Source of the DNA: Amoebidium appalachense
Taxonomy: Eukaryota > Protista > Ichthyosporea
Length of the DNA stretch: 64,000 nucleotides
Assembly: GCA_963693365.1 (NCBI GenBank)
Contig: CAVNZM010000016.1
Coordinates: 1-64,000, forward strand
Reading direction: 5' to 3'
Shown here: piece after piece, positions 53,201-64,000 of the stretch
Layout: each line of letters begins with the position of its first letter
How positions within the stretch are numbered: position 1 is the stretch's first letter
Position numbers and translations under genes: made by a program
The notes under the pieces: model-generated
Told to the model about the DNA's origin: nothing
What the model saw: the letters and a program-made list of their open reading frames with translations, nothing else
Databases searched by the model: none

Positions 53201-53649
53201 GGGATGGAGGGCACGTAGAGTACATCCGTCAGCTGATGCACCGCAGTAACGCCGTCGATGGTGCTGGAAAAGAACACGTCGCCCACCCCAAGCACTGCAC
53301 ATGCACCCTTGTCGGCTACTTGGACCGTGGAGTAAGGCGCCGCACGCATGTTGACGAACACATCGGGCCGGGGGCACACATGGTCAGTGGCTCCAGAGTC
53401 GAGGAGCACCTTGTTGGTGCCACAGTCGTTGCTAGACATGAGGAAAGCCCGGGGAGCGGCAGCCCCCCCCTTGCACTGTGCCGTAGTGTGGGTAGTAGAG
53501 GCAGGGTGGTTGATGCAGGACCCAGGCGGGAGGGGACCACCCTTAGGTTTGCGGCCGTTGGCACGGTTGCCCCCCCTTGCACATGGCGGTAGTGTGACTG
53601 GTAGACAGTGGGTGGTTGACGCAGGAACCCTTGGGGTAGGTGCTGGCAC
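50227..53649 (-). CDS. pol: Copia Pol (PR-IN-RT-RH)
   Basis: LLDSGATDH, WHYRLGH..CEPC, VHSDISGP, SDGGGEY, NGTAER, LYGLKQAP, YVDD, YSDSDY, ADMFTKAL. Confidence 0.95.
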   Translation of the reverse strand: MPAPTPRVPASTTHCLPVTLPPCARGGNRANGRKPKGGPLPPGSCINHPASTTHTTAQCKGGAAAPRAFLMSSNDCGTNKVLLDSGATDHVCPRPDVFVNMRAAPYSTVQVADKGACAVLGVGDVFFSSTIDGVTAVHQLTDVLYVPSIPDTLISVFTASTNGVLPRFDTRGGVKLCYGDQILATGSAVGTKLYHMAVSLLRADTTPDTQTTTAPRIFKVTADLNTWHYRLGHAGIDAVRSVIKSAGLLVGGGAKSPGVCEPCALGKAHRVAFSESTSQAPRVLAKVHSDISGPFPPAIGGAQYLATFHDDFTGHTTAVPLVKKSDTLAAYVTYHKAAVTQHGVPMQVFQSDGGGEYMGTAFGDYNREHGIRHQITTTGSPQQNGTAERLNRTLLDMVRALLQQSGLPVGFWAEAAVTAAFIRNMLPSRATGSQSSPALLWTGIPPDYSRLRVWGSPCYVHQQDTPKLAPRAVKGIFVGYPPNIKGYKVWIPAAHKMTVSRDVQFDEAAILHPLRYVPSDWSTAPAIHHFLESSDSSNQPANHIVRNDQQSDSSRLSANGTAPSDQLDIPILPEPAHRLPRTTRSGAVYNDQRRGPTANVAAATAPLASQATAPASTPIKASTIVVPKTVRAALKSPQRLKWEEAAHRELKALEDNGTFTLVPRPEDGSTVIPVGWVFTVKQDNVGNVTAFKARLVARGNYQQPGQDYFVTESPVAALATIRLVLATSVAQGLPLRHIDVNTAFLNGTVNETIYIEQPPGFVNPSAPHAVGLLHKALYGLKQAPRQWYEALRDHLLDQGFIVSAADPCLFIKNAGTPRFIALAAYVDDFTVTAATDALIDDFFTKLDARFSAKDLGRPTLLIGHTLTWLEDGSLRLGHRQHIIDLAARFRLTHMSGTKTPIVPGQASESNKTPAYSKKEDYASLVGALLWIARTTRPDISQALGVLTRHIHAPTVTHWTMATRVVSYLLATIDLGIVYRPGPPNLVGYSDSDYAEDRDTRRSTTGYVFFINSSPVSWVSRLQSITTHSSTEAEFVAMSAATNEALWLNYVMDDLGLNPINEPTPVPIHGDNESARALLDTLGVKPKTKHIDVRYCSVKEHHLLGNITVVPVASADNKADMFTKALSASFFTKAVGMLNMC

Positions 53650-54526
53650 GGTTGTTGCCAGAGTTGCTGTGTTGGCCGTTGCCGTTGGGGCACTGAGACT
53701 TGATGTGGCCTGGTTTGCCGCAGCCGTGGCAGATGACAGGTTGAGGAGCCCGTGTGGTGAAGGCGGCCGGCCCGGAGCTGGTAGTCACACGTGCACGTGG
53801 GTGGCTGGTCTCATATGCCCGTAGCTGTTGGAGGAGGCCCATTACGGTAGGCTTGGGTGTCATCTTGTAGGCAATGACAGGCATTTCGTAGTAAGGCACC
53901 TTGCCGAGGTCGTTGGTGAGCTTGGTCAGCACTTGAGCATCACCAATTTGTGTGCCGTAATCGGCCAGGCGCCGCACGTAGCCGCGGAGCTTCATGGCGT
54001 ATTTCGTCGCGGTGTCCGTAGGTTCAGGCGTAGAATTCATGTACAGCCCGATAAGGTCGTACTGATTGGCCTCAGATTGCTCCAGGTAGTGGGCAGATAG
54101 GGCCGACCATATCTCCGCAGGTGTGGTGGTGCGTGTTAACCCTAGGATACAACGCACGTCAACCGAGAGTGCTTGCCACAGGTAGGAACGGGCAGTGTCG
54201 ACCTGTTCACGGGTAGCCGGGTGCTCCGTACTGGGCGCGATGGTGTGGAGAAGACCAGCACCAGAAAGCTGGACATACATGGTTTCGGCCCATGTGTGGT
54301 AGTCCGTGCCTGAATCATTATCAATGCCAGTGAAGAGAGGGATGTCGACCTTGAACTTGATGGAATCATTACGTGAGGGGCCCATAACCCTGTTGGACAT
54401 TGTGTTCATAGAAGCTAGTTCTAGTGCACGTTGTTCCTTCTGTAAGTCAGAAATGATTGCATCTTGTGAGGCCAACCTCTGCTCCAGTAGTTGGACTAGT
54501 TGCTGCAACTGTAAGTTGTCAGACAT
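53543..54526 (-). CDS. gag: Copia Gag
   Basis: DYHTWAE, EIWSAL, CHGCGKPGHIKSQC knuckle; ATG lies inside the 5' LTR. Confidence 0.88.
   Translation of the reverse strand: MSDNLQLQQLVQLLEQRLASQDAIISDLQKEQRALELASMNTMSNRVMGPSRNDSIKFKVDIPLFTGIDNDSGTDYHTWAETMYVQLSGAGLLHTIAPSTEHPATREQVDTARSYLWQALSVDVRCILGLTRTTTPAEIWSALSAHYLEQSEANQYDLIGLYMNSTPEPTDTATKYAMKLRGYVRRLADYGTQIGDAQVLTKLTNDLGKVPYYEMPVIAYKMTPKPTVMGLLQQLRAYETSHPRARVTTSSGPAAFTTRAPQPVICHGCGKPGHIKSQCPNGNGQHSNSGNNRASTYPKGSCVNHPLSTSHTTAMCKGGQPCQRPQT
54378..54390 (-). promoter_or_regulatory. Copia primer-binding site (half-tRNAiMet type)
   Basis: GGTTATGGGCCC next to the 5' LTR, as in Drosophila copia. Confidence 0.8.
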
Positions 54527-57500
54527 AGTGTCGTGTATGATGGGTAACTAGTCTATGTGTTTTGTGCACTGAAAACGACAGTAGAAAAGTGTAAATCAAA
54601 CGTTCTGCTTCCCATGTTTGTGACATGGGAGGCACTGCTTTATATAGTCGTTGGCCACCTCATGGTGGCCTCGTGTGCACCCTGGTGGTGGGCCATGTAC
54701 AGCATGGCCGAAAAGAGAGCACAATGAAAACAAGTCGTTAAAGATATAAAAGTTAACTGTGCACGTTGAGTGGCTAGTTAACTTGCACTAAAGCACACAA
54801 ATAAACGTGTTTAACACACCAATTGCAGTTAAACGTAAATCTTGCTTCACACAACTAAAAATATTCTGAGAATATCCGGGAATAAAGCACACTACCACTC
54901 TAAGAATAGAATCCTGTGGCAAATATAGCCATGACATCATCTGAACCGGGAATATTAATTAATGAGCACAATTAGCACGTTGCTAGTGAAGCTCGTCATT
55001 GGTACAGTTTCGGCTCAAACATATAACTACCATATATGAATATGACCGTAAACAAAAGCTCTATGCACTCGAGTGAGTGTTGAAACAATTATTCAATTGC
55101 TCAGAAACTTTCTCTAACAGACATTGCTAGCCGGGAGTACCAGTGTACTCCAACAACCAGACCATATATCGAGAGCGTTACAGGCCCAGGTTTACAACAG
55201 TTGTTAGATAGAAAGGAGGCAACTTCTGCTTCAAGGAAATTTGCCAGGGGTTTAAGCGCTCTAGTTCTCTCTTTCTTGATCCAAGCGGCGAGAAGGGGTA
55301 AACGGTTTAAAACCATATTCACATGCCGGGAAGACAAAAGTGCGAATAAATGTAAGTCTAATAGAAGGATGGAGGGGTGTGTCTTTAAAAATATTAGCCG
55401 AGAAGAAAGCTAACCGCTTACGAGCCAACTCTACCCTCTTTTCGACCATATGGGGAAACATAACACCAACAGAATCAACCGGAACACCAAGATATTTGTA
55501 TTCTGGAACTATAGGTACAGGTTTAGATGATAATGTAAATGTGTGTAAATTGTTAGCTATATCAGGTACAAGAACACCACATTTGTCTATGTTAAGGATC
55601 ATAAGGTTTGCCTTGCACCACTCTGACACTACATCGAACAATCTTTGCAGGCGTCTAGGGGTACGGGCAAGGAGGGACAGATCATCAGCATAGAGAAGTG
55701 CAGGCGGAAAGTTATTAATAGGGTCATCGTTTTCGGCGTAAATCTTGACAGCCAAATCATCTATAAATAGGTTAAACAAAAAGGGGCTAAGCAATGAACC
55801 CTGCAAGAGACCTCTAGTACGAGCAAAACCATATGAAAGATGCCCATTAACCACAGCTCTACCATAGGTTTGAGACAAGAGTGCTTCTAACAGAACACCA
55901 ATGCAGTGTGGTACACCCCGTGCAGCAAGCTTTTCCCATAGGAGACCAGGGGAGACAGAATCGTAAGCAGTTTTCCAATCAATAAAGCCAACATATTGTG
56001 CACCAACTTGCATAGAATCGTGCAGTGCCATTATTTGAACATAACATGAATTGTTTTTACGAAAAGCGGATTGGCATGGGTGTATGTGAAGAATAGATTG
56101 AAACCTAGGGTGATGTGCAAATAACCTAAGTAAGCAAGCTTCAAAGAATCTACGAACAACCTGGGTTAGTGTAATGGGGCGAAAGGATGATATGGGGCCC
56201 TCAGAGTCCTTCTTAACTATGGGGATCACTAAGGTATCTAACCAAGATGACGGGACATGTCCACATTTAACACACCAAGAAAAGAGAGAGCTTAACATGA
56301 TAGTAAGATCAGGTTTAATAGCACGATCACTTTCCTTTTGTGGGTAGGAGGGAACAAGGATTTTAAGAAACCCAGCAGGGAGTCCATCAGGTCCACAAGA
56401 CTTACTAGAGCTATAACTAGATATCACAGACCATATGGCATCGGGACTGAAAAAGGGGAGGATCGATTCTATGGGGATAGATGGGTCTACAGGCCACACA
56501 ATAGGTTTCTGAGCGGGGGTCCTATCTTTAAACAGTTCCGAGAAATACTTATCAGAGTCTATGAGGGGGTCTCCAGTGGTATCACCAATAATACGAGCAG
56601 GGGGGCCAAATCGATTCATACTAGCAAGCCGGCGCAAGCTTTCCTTTTGAGACAGGGGTTCACCTAGTCTAGCGGGAGTGGTGTTTGGTAACAAGAGAGC
56701 ATCGGGATATTCCTTCCTACCACCGCCAGCATAATCACCGAGATCTATCAAATCATCAACAATAAAGTTAGTGCATGTATCTAGTACGAGATGTGAATCT
56801 GGCCTGGCTTGTGCAGATTCTAATAGGCGCATATATATAGGGTGTTTCGTAGCATAGCATACACATACATCAACTCTACCCCACTGTGACTTAAGCTGGG
56901 ATAGACGGAGGCGAAAGGTGGGAGGGGGAGGGGGGAGCAGATCAAGGGAGATCTTAGGTAGGAAAAGGATAGGAGAGTGGTCAGATGACCTAGAGAGCTT
57001 AGGAGGGAGAGAGAGTTTTGACATGGTTGATGGCCAAAAGGCCACTCCCCAGTCGGTGTTGTGGGCATGGGATATTTGAGGGAACCGCAAAGTGTGACTT
57101 TGGACATACCTTGCTAAAGGGATAGCACGCTCCGGGGGCTTAGATGGGTACCCGACACTCACTTGCAGTGTGTCTGTGTGGTGGAGTCGCGTGTTAAAAT
57201 CACCTAAAATAACAGTGGACATTGGTAACTGTGACAACTCGTGAGTCAATTCGACAACCGACATAGATGGTGGGTAATATACAAAAGTAAAAACATTAGA
57301 AAGAAACTCTATAGAAACCGAGAATTCCGTTTTTGCTACCGGTTTGCACTTCACTCTCACGTGTGGTGCGGCAAGTACAATAATGCCTCGGTTTTTCGCG
57401 TAACCGGGGTGTGTGGATGTGTCGACCAATGTAGAGTTGAATTTGTGGTGGTTTTTAAACTGTGTTTCGCAAATCACTGTAAACGTGTAGGTATCTGAGT

Positions 57501-57990
57501 ATATAAATGATGTCTATATGGATATCTCTCTATCTATTCACCCCCCCCCCCCCCCCGGTTCCCCACTTCCCCCCCCCCCCCCCCCTCCCCCCCCCCCCCC
57601 CCCCCCCCGTTGGGATGGTGACACATGTTCTATGACGGCTGCACACTTAAGGTTTTTCTTTAATTAATCATGCTCCCCAGGAGCATGTGACACAAACGCT
57701 GTTATCCAACTTCCAAACTTCTACATTTTCTATCGTATCAACATGCGCATTTATAACTTCTACAAGAATAATTGCTTGTTTAGTTGATTACTAACCATAA
57801 TACAATGACAACTACTTAGTCTAGTACTCCAATCTTTGCTCGTCGCCTTATTCCCCGCAGACTCTCTTGTGGCACTGATTCTTGTTCCTCGCTGTGGCTG
57901 TGGCTGCTGACGTCCTCAGGGTCGTTACTGGGTGGTGGGTCAATCACATGGCACTCCGTCAACACGCATGTCCTCGAGCTGCTCCCGCGT

Positions 57991-58024
<34 letters not shown>

Positions 58025-58447
58025 GTACATGTCATTCCCTCCCCTCGTGCAATTTGTAATAGGATATGGTTGCTGGAAGCCTCGACGTAACCCTTTACAA
58101 GTATAACGACTACTAAGGGATACATTGAGAACCAAAATACATTATTGTGCATACACACCCGGGCCCACTCACACCTACATGTGCGCACATACAGAGAGAT
58201 GGGGGGGAATGGAGAGGTGGGAGAACAGGAGTTTGGGGGGGGGGGGGGGGGGGGGGATGGTGATCAACGACATATATACACAATGTTTATACATATATAT
58301 AGCACACACACACACACACTGATGCACACTACACCCACACACACAGAACACGATGCACCAAAGTAACCAAGTGAGTGGGAAGAGAGATCAGCAAACAGCA
58401 AATTAGTTTATGATAGAACTTAAGGCAAGGTGGATGGGAAGCTGTGT

Positions 58448-58486
<39 letters not shown>

Positions 58487-58989
58487 TTTCTTTTTTTTTT
58501 TTTTGGAGGGGGGGGGGGGGTACCAGTGACGTGGAATTGTTATGTCGGAATGTCGAGGTTGGCAGTCATGTACCAGCACCGAACAATCTTGCGGTCAGCC
58601 ATGTGCGCTGCTGCTGCTTGCTAGAAGACTCACCCGAGTGCACCATCTCCCACCTGCACGGGGGAAAGTGAAGCGTGACCAGTGAGAAGGAGGAAAAGTG
58701 AGAGGCAGTTTGAAACAGGAAATAAGGGGAATAACCTTGTCCATTATGTTATAGCTGAAAAGTTTGTTTTTTTTTTTTGGGCGGGGGGGGGGGGGGGGGG
58801 GGGGGGGACAAAACGCCCATGAGGTTTAACACGAAAACAATCAAAAGGACAGAATCTTACATTGTCATACCTACAGCAGCACTCTAAACTTTCGATGCAA
58901 GCAAGTGGTTACCGACTAACCTCGTATGTGTCAGTGGGGTACGTTGCGTGCAACGTGTAGGAGTGGGCGCTAACAGACCTTATCACACA

Positions 58990-59990
58990 GGTAAAAAGTC
59001 AAACGTGCACATGTCATGATAGATGGGTGCCCCACTACACATGCTGGGCAATAAGGACGGCACACATTTGTTAAAACAATGAAACAAAGGAGGGCATAAC
59101 CTTCCAACAATGGTTGCCGAGAAGTTTTGTATGCACCAGCCCTTATGAACTAAGAGACTTGTAGAAACTGCCGAAAACATGGCTTGGCACACAATGATGC
59201 AGAATGCGCGCTTTTTGCCCTGTGTTTACCTGCACAAAACTAAAAGTGCTGACAGGCTGACCTACAGAAGAGCTCAACCACTATACCATAAACGATAAGT
59301 GCAAGGTCCCTTAGGGCTCTTTATTGCAAGAACGTTTTCACAAAAAGCGGCATTGCCAAGAACCAACATCAAAAGGTGCCAGCCCAAGCTGGGCATAACC
59401 CAGGCAGTAAAAACCTACCTCCTTGCTGCTCGGTTTAGAAGCTGTCATTCTAAAAGCAAGCGGCCGTTAGCCTCTGTCAGAGAGGATGGTGCCTCTGTCA
59501 GAGAGGATGGTGCCCTGCATGTGAAAGAGGAGAGCAAAGGTGAAAATAACTCTTGAAAGTATCATCCTGTTATGCAGATGTGAGCACAGAGGGCACAAAA
59601 AAGCTGCAGTGTGACAGAAAGTAAAACTGCGACAGCATGCACCAGTTGCGGCAGGAAAGACCAAGAAGAAAGGAGGGCTACAGCAAGGAAGAAAAGCAAG
59701 AATAGAACGTTGCACAGAAGCCCAGTCCTTCAGCAAACAGGTAGACGCAACAGTCGCATAAGCATCTGTACTAACCTGCACAGCCTGTAGCTCTGAAAAC
59801 ATCGTCTAGTTAGCTTACAAGCCACGGGTGCAATTGAAAGGAGTTACAGCTCAGACTTCTTGAACAGCGGAAGTGCAAGTGAAAACTGACCTCCGAAGGG
59901 TGGGAAAAAAACTGTCATAACGGACAATCATTAATGATTGGAGAAGACCAATCAAGAAACAGGAGCATAATCGGTCCAAATTATCCATAA
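58990..59990 (+). pseudogene. Highly decayed hAT-like transposase remnant
   Basis: Across frameshifts DGCPT-MLGNKDG...PTMVAEKFCMHQ resembles hAT DG...M.G...G / CxxH; many stops; boundaries uncertain. Confidence 0.3.
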
Positions 59991-60001
59991 TGTGACTAAT
60001 G

Positions 60002-60003
<2 letters not shown>

Positions 60004-60047
<44 letters not shown>

Positions 60048-60242
60048 GGGGAACCCCAACTAATTGATTTCTCCTTGTAGTCTTTATGGTGTCTCGTAGA
60101 GAAAGTAAACCCTGATATATAGTCACCACCCGACATCTATGTACGTGATCATGATATACCGCTGAGGGGATATTCCGAGCAAACCCCCCCCCCCATACCT
60201 GAGACTGGTTCTCTTTGCCTCGAGTAAACAGCGTAAACCCCC
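60004..60242 (+). mobile_element. LINE 3'-tail-only insertion
   Basis: poly(A) plus the ~195-nt tail; CTAATGAA on both sides (59996-60003 / 60243-60250). Confidence 0.85.
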
Positions 60243-60883
60243 CTAATGAATACCAATCACACACCCGAACAAAAATCGGTTCAATCTGATTATCATTAAT
60301 CAGATTACAAAACACCAATCACGCAGCAGGACAAGCATGGTGGTTCGAATCCGATGAGTAAAGCCGATAATCCCTCCATGCGTTCTACATACATCAAAGC
60401 TGTAATATATTTATATTATAGAATATAGATATATAAACATATATAAATATATATCATAAATTATATTTATATATATTTATATATATGAATACACATATAA
60501 TTTAAATACATATATCATGATATCTGTGCACACGGTGCGGCTGGCGGACGATGATCCGGATATCCCTGGTATTCGATATCAAGTATATATTGTTAGTGCG
60601 CGCATGCATGCACTGTACCGTAAACGGTACGCCCGCACCGTGCAGCTGCAGTACATGCATATGCACTCAGGTTGTTCCCCCGGCCATGGCCAGCCCCCCC
60701 CCACCCCCCCCCCCCCTCCATTTTTATATTAATTAAAACAATGTGCACGTGCATGCTTCACCGACTGGCCGGCGCGCGCCATGGCATGTGTACGTATACG
60801 CTAGTACTAATTAGCACTGTGCACATATATTATCATAAAGAAGCAAGGATATTCATTTACGTGCATACAGCACATCCATACAT

Positions 60884-60919
<36 letters not shown>

Positions 60920-61833
60920 TATGATGCACGTATGCGTTCCCGCACTGTCAACGACACACACACATCGTCGACATATGCATGCACGCGTACGTCTGCATAT
61001 GATGCGCACGCGCGCACTTTAATACACACACAGAAATTAAAACCCACGCGCACCGTACACGCGTGGCACACTCACATACACGTGTGCACGGACGCACGCG
61101 CACCCCCTACCCCCCCCCCCCCCCCTGGGGCTCCATCCCTCCAGCAGTGTCCACGCAATAAAAAGTGTGTAAACCCCCACCCCCCCCCCCCCCCCCTCCC
61201 CCCCTCCCCCTCCCCCCCCCCCCCCCCCCCCCCCCCCCAAACAAAGCAACACCTCCTCTCCCCTATCCCGACACACACACATACCTGCAACATGAACGTA
61301 CGGTTCTTGTTTGTCATACGATATGGTAGCTTGCAGTAATGCTTGTGTGCCCGTTCATAGCCCTCAGCTGTCTCTACAGAACCAAAAAGGCGGGTGTCGT
61401 CGCTGCAATGGTCCCCGGCATGGAATTTGCTTGACTTGAGGTCGTTCTCAGATGAACAATGAAAGCAGTCGTGCGCAGACTTGGCCATAGTGCGGGGGGG
61501 GGGGGGGGGGGGGGGGGGGGAGGGGGGCGGGGAGCCCCAGGGGGGGGGAGGGGGGGGTAAGGGGTTGGTGTCAACCGTGGCACTGGATATCCATTTGAGC
61601 ATACTCTATACGGGTAATTGTTCCTAAAACCATATGCATTGTAGCTCTAATTGTACATTAGGATGATTGATCTCCTTTGTATATCCTAACGGTTATGTAG
61701 TGTATGTACGTTGGACATGTAAGGATATTTATATAGATATCACGCGTGATCACCATTGGCCATCGAATCTATGTCCATTGGATTCTGTGTTCCTGCAGCT
61801 GGCAATGTGCGTGCCTCTCGCGCGCGCCCGCGC

Positions 61834-64000
<2,167 letters not shown>

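Larger units (their letters stand above)
49277..55155 (-). mobile_element. Full-length Ty1/Copia retrotransposon
   Basis: 765-bp LTRs 49277-50041 and 54391-55155, apparently identical; TSD ACCAG 49272-49276 / 55156-55160; PPT at ~50042-50052. Confidence 0.96.
48169..57488 (-). mobile_element. 5'-truncated LINE copy interrupted by Copia
   Basis: Reverse complement of ~11627-15068; ORF2 broken by Copia (49277-55155) and a 10-nt insertion at ~55300. Confidence 0.92.

Overview
Eukaryotic, transposon-saturated DNA with many poly-G/poly-C and (CA)n tracts; most predicted ORFs are simple-repeat artefacts. The left half is a nested stack, each layer bounded by target-site duplications (TSDs): a Copia solo LTR (6083-32468) contains a TIR DNA transposon with ISL2EU-like ends (6314-31932), which contains a chromodomain Gypsy element (9008-30572), which contains a 12.7-kb CACTA/EnSpm-like non-autonomous element (9774-22513) carrying LINE copies and a ~185-bp satellite. 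Removing the Gypsy restores a ~4.05-kb element with a THAP ORF facing an intronless 664-aa Exo1/XPG-family nuclease fused to a SWIM-type zinc finger. ISL2EU elements normally carry a YqaJ exonuclease in that role, so this is the main candidate novelty. The right half holds a near-complete Ngaro-type tyrosine-recombinase retrotransposon, a full-length Copia inserted in a LINE, further copies of a LINE whose true 3' end lies ~195 nt beyond an internal poly(A), and remnants of a multi-exon minus-strand gene. All family calls come from motif reading, not database searches.
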